Shown: positions 1 to 12,829 of the stretch, one piece after another
Layout: the number at the start of each line of letters is the position of its first letter
Numbering within the stretch: the stretch's first letter is position 1
Assembly (NCBI GenBank): GCA_003990765.1
Contig: RBNJ01000109.1
Span: 1-41,329 of the forward strand
DNA length: 41,329 bases
Reading direction: 5' to 3'
Source: Jimgerdemannia flammicorona
Taxonomy: Eukaryota
The notes under the pieces: generated by a model
Told to the model about the DNA's origin: nothing
The model's database searches: none
The model's input: the letters and a program-made list of their open reading frames with translations, nothing else
Made by a program: the position numbers and the translations under genes

Positions 1-15
1 AAAAAAAAAAAAAAA

Positions 16-1352
16 CAGAAGGGAAGGGATGTGGATTTGTAGAGAATGAGCAGGACTATACTTTTAAATGTTATTCCTAATGAACAGTACAACTGACATT
101 TTTTCTCTGAATGTGAATAGATTATAGAAATCTGGATAGTGGAAGAACATTTTTACTTGGCTTAAGAGATTAGAGGCTAATCTCTTTCTGCTGCAGAATA
201 TATGTTGTGAGGATGATGTGGATTAAGTGGAGTAGACTAGAGAATGGAGAGGAGCTATAGCTTGGATTGACAAAGTGGCAATTTTGATGTGGAGGGGTAA
301 ATGGGATTTAGGTGGAATTAGGAGCTGGAGAGACTATTTGGTATAGGGGAAATGGTATCAATCTGAGTGGGAGCCAGTGAGAGTTGGCTCTTGCTACTGC
401 CCAGCAGCTAGGGGTGAGCAGATTGCATAGATTAAGGGTCTTTTAGAGAAGGGCACATTTTTGGAAGATGGAGTAGATGTTCTGAGAGGTAATTTCAATA
501 TGATATGGAATCTTCAGTTAGATTGAACTGATGGAGGGAGGAGCACTGGTAGAAGGAGTAGTATCCTGGATAAATGGGAGGAGGTGGAGAACCTTAGCTC
601 CTCAAGGGATATGGGCAGAATATAGTTGGGAGAAAAGAGGATTTAGATGCATTGGATAAATGGCTGAGATACAAGAATTGACTAGATACTGATGGCCAAA
701 TCCTGGGGCCTAGATGTTTGGAAGACTCAGAGGTGGAGTGGTGCCCATGATCAGACTATTGGGGACTGTTAGGACAGGAGCAGTTTGAGGGAAGTAGAGA
801 TGAACCCAGACATTAGTGCCTTTACTTCTCCCTACTGGCTGAGAAGATATTGTAGGACCCTTGGACAGAGGAGATTCAGGTGAATGATCATAAGCTAGAT
901 ACTTGAGAGCTTGCATATAGATATCTGGTGGATGAAGTTGAAAGAGACTGTAAGGGTTTACTAGAGAGAAGTTGGTAGGGATGCTGGGAGATAAAGAAGG
1001 AAAAGAGTGAGGTATACTTCTAATATGTTAGTTAAATTACAGATGAAATGGGCAAATTTGATAAATTCTGATGAGATGGATAATTGGAGGTTAGTGCAAG
1101 CTAGACTAGAAGTAATGGAGTTCCAACAGATGTTGGGAGAGGAGGAGAAGATGCATATAAAAGGAATGGCAGCTAGGTTGAGGTGGCAGAGACTTGAGGA
1201 GGTGGAGAGGCCATCTAGGTACTTGTCAAGGCTCCTCTAAGTGAGAAGGGTGTGATATTGATGGGATAGAGTCCTTGATGCCAAGGGGGAAATAGTCCAT
1301 GGTATACAACAGATCTAGTGGTTGCTGAAGGAGCAGTGGAGCAGGTTTAGGT
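16..1352 (+). mobile_element. Degenerate L1/Tx1-like LINE fragment (end of ORF1, APE endonuclease part of ORF2), 3'-truncated
   Basis: Collinear with 4350-5690 of the full LINE: ATG at 80 (MNSTTDIFSLNVN), GNFN (GDFN) near 488, TRID near 670. Many TAG/TGA stops. Preceded by a poly-A run at the window edge. Confidence 0.85.
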
Positions 1353-2387
1353 ATGTATAGTAGTTAATTTTCAACTAGTTATATTTGAAAACTATTTTTT
1401 TTTACTGCTAGACAGGTGGATGATAGTTGCTCTGATTACTGCATTTCCACTGACTGGAATGTAGAGGTTTCAATCAGAACTTGCACATGGATCTCTGAAT
1501 TATTTCCTTTTTTCAAACTATATATCACATGAAATTACCATATATCTCAGATATAGATTTCAAAGTCTATATGATTTTCCACTATATCTAAGGAATATGT
1601 GTTTGACCACCTTTTGTTTGAATTTATGCCTATTGGTACTCTTGTCAAGAATATATATATCATATCTAAATATGAATAGATGTGATATGTTGGGCTTGAT
1701 TTTTCTCTATAACTCTTCAGGAGTAAGATCATCATCCTTATACTTGTTGTTGCCAGCTTTCTTACTTAGCAATTAAGATATACATCTATTGCAGATATAT
1801 ACCACTATGTTGATGACTTTGGCCCAATAGAAATATCCTAGTCTGGCAGTATTGATCATTTTCCATACTATTTTGATAGCTATACAGTTAAATTGCTTTG
1901 TCATGCTATTTTTGTAAGGTCTATAAGGAGCTGTCATCTGATGGCTTATATCATATTTCATCAAGAATTGTTTGAATATATCATTGATATATTTGAATTC
2001 ATTAGTTGAGTATATAGTGCATGTTTGATGTTCTGTTTTATTCTCAGTAATTACTTTGAATTCTTTAAATTTCTCCAAGACTTTACTCTTCACTAATAGG
2101 AAATATACATATGTTTTATATATATAATCATCAATAAATGTTAGAAAATATCTCTTTCCAGAATATAACAGAGTATGCATTGGGTCACATATATCTGTAT
2201 GGATTAAATTGAGGATCTCTAAGATATGCTTTAATCATTCTTTGAATGAGTACTGAGAAGCTTTATTTTCCATGCAATCTTTACAGAAACTATCATATAG
2301 ATATATATGCAATCTCATCACCATTCAGGTTACACAACCTTTGGAATGCACTTATAACATCATTTTTAGAGAAAAGAGACTAACAAC

Positions 2388-4390
2388 ATGGTGACTGACA
2401 GGCAATCTGAGGTGGGCAGCCCAAGCACTTTCAAATGGCAGTAGGTGGGGAGGGGCCCAGGCCTGGGAGGGGGCATGAGGGGGCTGCTGGTGAGAGGATG
2501 CAGAAGAGGTGGAGGTAATGATGGTGGACAAGAGTCTGGAAGAGTGAGCTTTGGAAGGGAAGGCAGCAGGCATCAGGGCTGGAGGGCTGGCTGAGGAGGG
2601 GCAAGGAGACTGAGAAGGCAGTGGCACATGGGAGAGCAGCCCTTGGAAAGGGGGGCAGTGGAGCTGGGGGAGTAGTGGCTGGGGGGAGTGTAACTGCTGA
2701 TGGTGACAGGACTGCTAATCTGGAAAACAATCCAGATATGATGGCTATTGGTAAGGCTGAGCAACTGAGGCTTGGAAGACAAGGAGATTTGGTGGATGGC
2801 ATGATGGGCCTGGCAGTGGCCCCGTTACTTAAAAAATTAATCTCGACATTCATGGTTACACTGTGCTTCCAGAACTTAGCAGTAATGATGAAAATAGTAC
2901 TGGGGCTTATCACTAAGCAGGTGGCAGGAGCCATGTTAGTGAAGTTTTTGAAGGGACTGAAGGGTGTGGAGGTGGGTTTTGAGGAGGCTGAGTCACTGGA
3001 GGAGGCATTGAAGGTTGGGTTGGTGGTTGGGGAGGTGTGTGTTCTGATGGTGAGGTGTCTGAAATGGGACCCAAGGGTGGTCTAACTGCTGGTGAAAGGA
3101 GTGCCCATAGTGACAGTGATGGAGATGAGAAAGAGAGTTGAGAATGTCATGGCAGAGTATGGAGAGGTGGTGGATATTGGATTCAGGGTCTGGGAAGGGA
3201 CCTCACTCAGGACTGGGGATATGGATGTGAGGATTCGGCTGGCTGGGAAGGAAGCTACTGAGAAGGCAAGGGACTGGCCTGTGGTGATGGTCTGGGGAGC
3301 AATCTTGTGCAAGGTGATGAGGGTGAAAGGAAGCGATGAGGAGGAAGAGGATTTATTGGAGGTACTGGAAGAATTAGATGGTGATGTGGAGTGGCGAGCA
3401 AAGGCTTGGAAGGCTTTTGTGGAGTCAATGCACTTGGAGGTAGTGGATGGCAAGAGGATTCGAGTGGACAAGGTGTAGTGGGAAAGGGCTCAGGGGCATA
3501 AAAGACAGAAGGATCTGCTGGCTAAACTGGAGAGCAGACCACAGGAGGATGTGAGCAAGATGATGGATGTGGAAGGGGCCAAAGTGAGTGTCTGGGCTGG
3601 CAAGAGGAGTGGGACTGCTGGGGAGGAGACTGGGAAGGCAAAGGAGGTAAAGATTATTGACCCATATGCTGATGGCACCTTAGAGGTTTGGAATGAGGTC
3701 TGGGAGGATTCCCCCACCCCTTCTCCTTTTATCAAGTGAGGCCCAGCTTCCAGAAACAAGATGGTGGAGGACATGATAATGCTGGGGACCCATCAGGTGA
3801 AATTCGGCATTCCAGAGATGATGGATGGAGGACATGTGGTGGTGGCTGGGGAGGAGGAACTGGTGGATGTCCCAGAGGTGTGGGATGAGACTGTGAGTGC
3901 TGGAGCTGATACCACAATACTGGATAGAGGGAGGCTGGTGACCCCTGGAGGGAAGGAGGTGAGGAACCTACTTTAGATATGCAGGATGATGAATAATCTG
4001 GTGGCAGAAGAGTTGGGGGAGGTGGACTTGTGAGTGATAGATGATGAGCACTGGATGCAGATTTTGCAGGGAGATGGAGTAATGTTGGCACTAAAGGTAG
4101 AAATTCTCATGGTGTATCTGGAGGAGGAAGGGTATGAGATGGACAAGGAGCAGGAGGCAGAGATAGTGGTTGTCACTGGGGAGAGGGCTGAGTACTGTTG
4201 GAACAAGCATCATAGATTGCAGCTTTGGCAAGAGGCATATATTGAGTACCAGGAGGAGTTTGAGGAGAAGGCAGATGGGGAGATAAATGAGCTGTTGGCT
4301 GGATTGGAGGCTCAGAGGGCTGAAGAGGAGGAGGTGATGGCAGAACATAATCTTGACACAGCACAGGAGGAGATGAGCATGGCACAGTAG
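2388..4390 (+). pseudogene. LINE ORF1 (Glu/Gly/Val-rich, interrupted)
   Basis: Chain of same-strand ORF fragments (2621-3085, 3092-3478, 3551-3739, 3761-3976, 4034-4390) separated by single stops, directly upstream of ORF2. No CCHC knuckle recognised. The start at 2388 is out of frame with the fragments, so it is approximate. Confidence 0.7.
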
Positions 4391-4419
4391 AGATCAACTG
4401 ATAACAATTGTATTTCATT

Positions 4420-7400
4420 ATGAACAGTATAACCAACATTTTTTCTTTGAACATGAATGGGCTACGGGGCACTGTTAGATGTAGGAACATTTTTATTTGG
4501 CTAAAGGGGTTGGAGGCCAATCTCTTCCTCTTGCAGGATATCAGGTGTGAGGATGACTCTGATAGAATGGAATGGACAAAGGAATGAGGTGGTATGGCAA
4601 TTTGGAATGGCAAGGTTGGAATTCTGGTTTGGAAAAGCAGAGGAGAGATAAGAGATATGAGGAGCTGGGGGGAGAGGCTGGTCTGGGGTGAATGGATTCG
4701 TGCAGGCTGAGAACCAGTTATAGTTGGCTCCTATTACTGCCCTGTCATAAGGGGGGAGTATGTAGATTGGGTGAAGGGTCTCCAGGAGAGTGGGATCCTG
4801 GCAGAGGCTGGAGTGGATATACTTAGGGGAGATTTCAATATGGTTCGAGATATATAGATGGATAGAACTGATGGAGGACAGGGTGCTGAGAGCAGGAGTG
4901 GGGGGTTAGTGATGTGGGAGGAAGTTGAAAGACTGGGAGCACTGGTAGATGCTGGTAGAGAGTACTGGGGAGATAGGAGGGTATATATGTATTGGGCTGG
5001 AAGCCTGGGGACAAGGATTGACTGGTTTCTGATGGCCAACTGTTGGGGCCAAGATGTTTGAAAGTTGTTGGAGGTGGAATGGTGTCCATGGTCAGATCAC
5101 TGGGGCCTTTTGAGACAGGGGTGCTTTGGGGGTAGTGGGGATGGGCCTGTACATTGGCACCTAATTTCCTCCTTGTTAGATAATGAGTCCAAGTGGGAGG
5201 AGTAGGCTAAAGACATTCAGCTGAGGGTGGGGACCTGGTGGCAAGAAGGTGCCATGATTGGGATTCGGTGAATGAGGTTGAAAGAGATGGCCAGGATGTA
5301 CTGAAGTGAGGCTGGCAAGGAGGCAGGGAAGCAGCAAAGGCAGAGAGTGCATCAGGCTTCTACTAGATTGGCTAGGCTTCTGGAGGAGTGGGTGAGACTG
5401 GTGATGGTGGAGGGAGAAGAAAATTGGAGAGTAATGAGGGCGAAGATGGAGGTTGGGAAACTACAACAGGTGCTGTGGGAAGAGGAAGAGGCAAGGGTGC
5501 AAAGCTTGGTGGCATGGCTTCATTGGCAGGGGCTGGAGGAAGGGGAGAGGCCTTCCAAGTTTCTCATGAGGACCCTTAGGGCAAGAAGGGTATAGCAACA
5601 GTGGGAAGGGGTACTTGACTCAGATGGAGTACTAGTGCATAGTGTACAGAATATTCTTGGATTACTGAAGGAGCAATGGAGTGGTTTGTTGAGTGAGGAG
5701 GAGGGTGGGGCAGATACTACTACCATTGACCAAACATTGGAGGATTGGCACCCACCATGAGTTGCAGGACTAGGTGACCTGGTGATGCCTGTAAAGGAGG
5801 ATGAGATCCACCAGGTTCTTGCTGTGAGAGTCTCAGATACAGCACCTGGGGAGGATGGCCTACCCTGGGACTTCTGGAAGTAAATGGTTGGAGTCCCAGG
5901 TATGATGGGAGAGCTGATGGCATTGTGTGACTCTATATTGCAGACAGGGAGATAGGTGGGAGAGCAGGATCTTGGGCTGGTGATGCTGCTTTATAAGAAC
6001 AAAGGAAGGTGAGAGGATTGGAAGAACTGGTGGCTGATAATGTTGCTAGATATGGACAGAAAGATGGTGACTAAGGTGTTGGTCGCGAGGCTACAGAAGG
6101 TAGCCCAGCAAGTTATAGATATTGAGCAGAGGGGATTTGTGGGTGGTTGGCTCATTAGAGATGGCACAGCCTGGGTACATAGAGATATTGAAGGGGCTAG
6201 AGCCTGTGGACTGGATGGGCATCTTGTCTTCTTGGATCAGAAGAAGGCTTATAACTGAGTGCAACAAGTCTGGCTGGTAAAAGTATTGAATAGAATGGGG
6301 GTTCTAATCCAATTTCGGTCAGCAATGATCAGCCTACTGTAAGGGAGTAGGGCTGCACTCATGTGTAATGGGCATAGAGAGGTAGTGTTCCCTCTGGATA
6401 GGGGGGTGCCCCAGGGAGACCCACTGTACCCCATCTTGTATGCTCTTTCCCTAGAATCCCTAATAGACAGAATTAGGTGGAGGATAGTGGGGATCTCTAT
6501 CTATGGCATTGGGTGGAAAGTTGGGGCCTTTGCAGATGACATGGTGGTTGGTTTGGGATCGATTGCTGATGTCAAAGAGCTCAAGAAGACAGTGGAGTGG
6601 TATGAGGAGAACTCTGGGGTGAAGCTGAATTGGCACAAGTATGAAACAATAGTGCTAGGCAATAGCCTGGTGGGAGGAGAAGTTATAGGAACAATTGTTC
6701 CCACTGGTGAGGCAGTGTGATACTTGGGCATCTATTTGTCAGTCTATGGGTCAGTTCTGCCCAGGCTTTAGTGGGAGCAGTGAATTGGAATTTGGGAGGT
6801 GGACCTGTAGGATTGGGGGGGAAGACACTTTTCTCTGATGGGATGGGTCTCAATTTTGAATGTATATTGGCTGCCAAAGCTGTGATATTTGGCTTATCAT
6901 CTGGACTTCCCAACCTGAGTGGTGAAAAGATTGGTGAAGGTGGCCAAGGGATGGATTTGGGCTGGCAGACAGAGCCAGATTGATTGGGAGACCTTGTCCC
7001 TATTGGTGGTGAGAGGTGGTCTTGGGCTGGTGGACTTTCCCAAATGACTGCACTGCTTGAGGGCATGGCAGCTTAAGAGGGCGGTGGAGTTGCAAGGAGG
7101 GGGTTGGGTTCCCCTGCTGCAGAAGGTCTGAGAGAGGTGGTCATTACCAAGAGGCTCAACTGGTGACCTTCATGTATTGGTTGGACTTCAGAATAATGCA
7201 CAATTGCAATATAAAGATTTCTGGTGGGGGATAGTGGAGGGCGTACACTGCATTGGTATTCACTGGTGGGGGAATAAGAGGGAGGAAGCTTGGGGCCCAG
7301 TGATGTGGAGATGGGATGGCATACTGCTGGATGGCATGCCTTTACTTGAGTTTGACATTGGTGATGGAATAGAATGCTAAAGGGGACTAGGCCAGGATCT

Positions 7401-8025
7401 GTGGCCTAGCAGTTGGCAAGGAGTTGGAATTGGAGAAGAGTGAGACTGGCATGGTGTTTGGATCTGGAGTGCTGCAGTACAAAAATGGATGCCACCAAAG
7501 TACTGGGTGGTCTGGTGGTACTTGCTGAGGAGTAATGTAATACTCAACTTCCACTCAGGATACCTTATTATGGGGGGTTGCTTCGACTATGAGGAGTGCC
7601 ATAATGTAGGGCAGGAAGGAGGCTTTGTACAGATGCCAGAACATTGGCTAGGAGAGTGCCAGATGTTGGGAGACTTTTGGCAGGTCTTCGGAGACCACTT
7701 GGGAGTGAGGCATAGGAGAGATGAAGTACAGGGGAGGTGGGAGGACTTGAGGGATCAGTTGGTAGAAAGGGTAGGAAAAGAGTAGATTATCTTAGGTTGG
7801 GCATTGGCTATTTGGGTTGGACTGGCTGGTCACTGGCTATTTGTTTTTGAGGATGGGAGGTGATAGAGCTTGGAGAGCCAGTTGTCACAGTGGCAGAGGC
7901 TTATGGAAGACACCTTGACAGGCTGGTGGCTTGGTTGGGGGCTGCAGAGGGGTCAGAGGTACTGCTTGGTAGAGAAAATCTGTGGACAGAGTAGTGGGAG
8001 AGTGGGAGTCATTGGTGAAGGGTGA
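4420..8025 (+). pseudogene. LINE ORF2: APE endonuclease + reverse transcriptase + C-terminal Cys/His motif
   Basis: FSLNMNGL, LLQD, GDFN (about 4830), TRID, SDH (5092-5100). RT motifs QRGF, LDQKKAYN, GVPQGDPLYP, FADD (about 6530). PEHWLGEC near 7640. In-frame stops and frameshifts; 3' end approximate. Confidence 0.92.
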
Positions 8026-8138
8026 TCTTTATTCATAAAGTGGTGGAGAGGGGCTCCCCTATGGGGATTGGATAGTAGATGGTGATATTGTATACTTATT
8101 CATAGACTGGTAATAAAGATGGAGTCCAAGTGACTATA

Positions 8139-8169
<31 letters not shown>

Positions 8170-9287
8170 ATATATGCTAGCAATCCTTTCACTGAGCCAC
8201 TTTTAATCATACATTTAAGGTACATCTTGCCAATATATCCCAGGTATTGATACCATATATTAGATGTGTCAGATATAGTTGTTATTACATATGTGGAGGC
8301 TTTTGTACTATTTGGTGTCTCATTGATTATATAAAAATTACCATATTTTGAAGCTATCATTAACTTTTTATTATTATGTGAATCATATACTGTTGCACTC
8401 TTTGAATATATATATATCTCTGTTGCTGCAGGATCTTATTTTTTCCATCAACAAGAGATTTCTGTCTATTTCTGGAGTATATAGTATGTTTACAAAAGTG
8501 CTAGTATGTTCTATAATATTGCTATAGAGATATATCCCTATATTTCCCTTACCTTGAGTATAGATGATATTGTTGTTTCTTAATTTGATAGATATAGAGT
8601 GTTCAAAAGACTCATATATAGAGAACTATTCCCTGTATATTATCATATATTGTGTGGCTCCAGAATCTATTAACCAGACATCATTATCATCAGCTATATT
8701 GGTACATTCAGTGGGTGTATAGTTGCTAATAGTACTGATGTCATCACAACTTTTCATCAGCCCAAAAGTATTTTGCTGACCAGTTATAGATATCAGGATG
8801 GTAGATTTGACAGTAATGGAACTGCTTATAGATATAGGTCTCATACTAATAGAACTAGTGCTGGTGGTAGATTTGGTAGGACTTTTTAGTCCAAAATTAT
8901 CATTCTTCTAACTAGGTTTCATAGATATAGTGGAACTCATACTGATAGAACAGATATTGGTGGTAGAACTAGTAGTTGGTACAAAAAATAAAGTATCACT
9001 TTCATCAGTTTCAGTGGTGTTTGCATTGCTATGCTTCTCTCAATAGTTCTTTCCACTACTCTCACATTATCAGTATTGGTATTTTCCACATTATTGCTTA
9101 TTTTCAATACTCTTCTTGTCATTTTCCCAGCTATAGCAATGGCATTTCCTATATCCATACTTGTCACAGTATTCACAGTAGCTATCATACTTGGTTGATT
9201 GATTAGTAAACTAGTTGTTGCTTTATTGAGCTTGGGTTTGGGTTTGCTAACCTTATTGACTATACTTTTGACCTCATTTGACACTAT

Positions 9288-9848
9288 TAGTGCTCCTAAT
9301 AAGTCAATTTAATCCAGATTGGATTCGGATTGATTTGGATTGAATCCCATCCAGCTCAACTCAGATAGGATTCGAATCCCATCCAGATGGATTCAAATCA
9401 ACTATTGTTTTGATTTCCAAATTAGACAATTAAATGTTTACATCAATAACTTGATGAATAATCATCCATTTTGATGATCTTAGTATCATTAGAAAGCTAT
9501 TAATAAGGCCTATCTAATGATACCAAGAACTTTGAAATCAGAGTTGAGTTATGAAGGAAAATGTCTGAATCACTGATTTTGGAAATTCTTCGATTTACCA
9601 ATTTTGGAAATTTCATCAAAGAGAATGTTTTCCTTAATATCTTGGCAATGCATAATCTGATTTTAATTTTCTAGATATCATTAGAAAGGCCTTATTATGG
9701 GCTTTCAAATTATACTACAATCATCAAATTTAGATGATTATTCATTGAGTTATTGATGTAAATATTTATTTGTCTAATTTGGAAATCAAAACAATGGTTG
9801 ATTCGAATCCATCCAAATCTCATCTGGATTGACTCATTCGGAGCACTA
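9288..9848. mobile_element. hAT-type MITE (561 bp)
   Basis: Terminal inverted repeats TAGTGCTCCTAATAAGTCAAT...ATTGACTCATTCGGAGCACTA, perfect 8-bp TSD GACACTAT (9280-9287, 9849-9856), internal inverted repeat of about 140 bp, non-coding. Confidence 0.9.
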
Positions 9849-9993
9849 GACACTATGTCCACAAGATCTGTAGAGTGCATTTTCATCATTATTAGCACTA
9901 TTAGAACTATTTTTTTTAGCATATTTCCTCATTCATGAGACTCATTATTACATGGGTATAATCCAAAAGACTGCTACTCTCATATATGGCTAT

Positions 9994-11131
9994 TGTGACA
10001 AGCCAAGACGTACCACCCGAATCATATCTTAACCAGATGACGTGAACAAGATGACGTGAACACTCAGCCTAGTAACTAGCAACCCTTGCTGCAGAAGTTG
10101 TATAAATAGCCAGATATACCAGAAAGGGTCTGTTTATCTGTACAGACTCTGTACACCTGCCATAAGTAGCAGATCTATAGTTAGCCACATAGTAACCAGA
10201 TAGCAACCAACTTGTATAAATTACCCCAGTGGCGAGAGTGAATAAAACCTCAGTCCGAAAGTTGAATACAAACCAAAGCAAAAGTCAATTGTCTGGTACA
10301 CTTAGGAGAAACACCTGCCAAAAGCCACTTGATCCAGGAAGGATTGCAACACTTAGGAGATACGCCTGCCAACGAGCTACTACCAAGAAGTTGTGAGCTT
10401 GGTTCTCTTCTCTTCCACTCCAGTCCACTTTCCGATACAAAGCTGATTTTGCCGCCTAAGTTCAAGGAAGAACTTCGCCGCCTTTGGAATTATTGTTATT
10501 GGTTCGCTTGCCAGATAAGCCTGAAGATTTCCGTCACCTTTTTTGCCACAAGCTAGTCTTTCTGACGCAACTTCGCAGTGGAGCCAGTCTACGACATAAC
10601 CCCATGCAAACAAAGCCAGTCTTTGACGTAACTTGCCAAGAATCCAAGTTATTTGCCGTTTCTAAGTTATCCGCCGCATTTCCAGTTAAGCTGCCATTTT
10701 CAAGAAACCCGCCAAATCCACATTGTCTGTCACTTTTGAGTTATCCGCATTTCCAGAAAACCCACGCCATCCGAGTAGTATTCCCAGTTGAAGCCAAAAC
10801 CGCGACATCTGAGTTATTCGTTATTCCCAGTGAGCCTAGGAAGAATCCGCGCCATACAATTCCCAGTGAGCCAAATCGGGTTATCAGCCAGTTCGCCGCA
10901 TTCCCAGTTGACCTGCATAAGGAACCCGCCGCGCTACACAGAAATCGTCGCGCTACACAGAGATCGTCACGCAGAAATCGCATAAGGAGAACCGCTAAAT
11001 TACCAGACCGTCATGCACAGAGATCGTCACCAAGAACATTTTGTTGCTTTTAACAAAGTAACTGGGGGCTCAAGCCAAACTATATCAATCCCCAACCTTG
11101 TAATTTGCCTCCATTGAGCCGGCACGTTACA
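9994..11131 (+). mobile_element. Solo LTR of the Gypsy family (1138 bp)
   Basis: TGTGAC...GTTACA termini, 4-bp TSD CTAT (9990-9993, 11132-11135). Last ~95 bp nearly identical to LTR ends at 23130, 31907 and 37591; 5' end matches the LTR at 36198. Confidence 0.92.
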
Positions 11132-12829
11132 CTATAATGATAATAATGTTTCCAGAAGTTTCCTTATGAGTGCTATAACCTTATCTTCATTTCTAATATA
11201 ATCTGTAGATGTGCTGAGGAAATTCACTTGATTCACCAGATCATCAACATTATTTGTATAATTGCAGATATACTTTTTGGGTTTTATTCATATATTGAAT
11301 AATTGAGATTTCAAGTGGAATCAATTGGATATAGATGCTTGTACATAATGAGTGTATAGAATCTTCCATATATAAAATACCATCATAACATATATTATAA
11401 GCTTTATTTGCAAGTTCAATAATATGAATACAATCTCATATAATGCTCAGAAATTGTTTGCAGAGTTGTAATCTTGAATTAGTACTTATGACTTCATATA
11501 CTCTACTAAGCTGTATTCTTTAAAGAGATTCATCATATAAAATATCCAAATAGCATAGTCTCTCTCATAGAAGATTAAGATAGACCTCTTGACTATATTT
11601 ATACTAATAACTAAGACTGTGTTTCCTATACTTGTTATTGTGGTAACATCTACAGCAGAGACTGTTATTACTGGAATACTCATGATCAGTATATCTATTT
11701 CTATATTTATATTGCTAGACTGGTCATCAGATATTTCTAGTATATATATAGTATATTTAAAGAGGTATATTTACTATAGCTACTTAGTACTATTGGGGCT
11801 CATGACCTTTGTTATAAAAGAGGGAGATTTTATTAAAGTTATATAGGTCATATATTTCTTGTATTACTGATGAATGATACAAATCTGATAGAATGGCATA
11901 AGGTTATGTACTTTGTCATTTTAATAAATTAGAGTACTTCTTTATATATATAAAGCTTATCCTAATTATTGTAGATGTAGAGGTCTAATTCTCCTTGGTC
12001 ATTAGGTTCAATTTACTTCAGATTATCAGATAGATCAGAATAAATTCCAGTTCAGTAGTTGGGCTTTATACCAACTTATAGAATTTCTATTGAGAGTTGT
12101 AGTTAAGTGAGAAAGTATCTTGAAGCAGAATTGGATTATAAATCACTGCTACTAAGTTTTAAGAGAGTTATTTATTAAAGTACTATTATATAGTTCTAAA
12201 AGAGTTTTCAGAAAGCTCTGAATACCCCAGAAGACAGTTTTCTAAAGCTCAAGATCGCTTTCATATAGAGTTCATTCTTTATACTTATTGATTTCAAGAT
12301 TGGATTAATGTCTTAACTAAAGTCCTTTCTCAGACTTGCTCTGGATATTCAGGATTTTCTCTATTATAAGAAGTTCAAAAAACTAATACCAGCTTAGTTG
12401 AATCAGCATATTGCTGTAGACAATACCTAATTAGGAAATTTCAGAATCTAGTAGGAGTAAGACCTAATATAGTATAAGTTTACTTAAGAGTAGTTTATAA
12501 GTTATTGAATAGATTTATTTGTTATTTATAATATTACTTTAGACTAATACTAGGAATAGTATATGAAGAGATATTTGTGTTAAAAAGTGTTCTTGACTTG
12601 TTTATTTGTATTCTTGTCTCTGTTTCTAAGATCTGGAAGAGTGGATATTTATATTAATAAGAAGCTATTTGGACTATACTAAATATGAGTATAGTACTTA
12701 GTACTTGATGAGTCACAATGCAGTCTTATAGTATAAATGTAAACTGATATATCAAGAGATCAACTGACTGCTGAGTTAGTAGACAGTCATGTAGGATAAG
12801 ACTAATATAACTATACTAATAACTACTAC

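Larger units (their letters stand above)
2311..8161 (+). mobile_element. Full-length L1/Tx1-clade non-LTR retrotransposon (decayed)
   Basis: ORF1 about 2388-4390, ORF2 from 4420, AATAAA near 8112, poly-A 8137-8162. TSD ATAGATATATATGC (2297-2310) versus ATAGATATATATATGC (8162-8177). The Copia integrase frame rejoins across it (LLAYIYL|YDSFCKDC). Confidence 0.92.
1353..12075 (-). mobile_element. Ty1/Copia relic 1 (gag, protease, integrase; no RT seen), split by three later insertions
   Basis: Integrase core GKRYFLTFIDD...KSKVLEKFKEFK (ORF 1773-2180), CKDC zinc motif near 2270-2290, WLIDSGATQYM protease (about 8650-8680), gag knuckle CEYCDKYGYRKCHC (about 9135-9180), gag N-terminus IFYERDYAIW (11486-11683). 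PBS-like TGGTATAAAGCCC on the minus strand at 12061-12073. Confidence 0.85.

Noticed and set aside
2352-7066. Many Pro/Ser-rich minus-strand ORFs
   Set aside because: Antisense shadows of the G/A-rich LINE sense strand.
10484-11053. 189-aa ORF in the solo LTR
   Set aside because: Non-ATG start, built from LTR sub-repeats, and the frame is not kept in the sister LTRs.
12078-12825. Candidate 5' LTR of Copia relic 1
   Set aside because: Position next to the PBS-like site fits, but there are no clear TG...CA ends and no second copy in the window.
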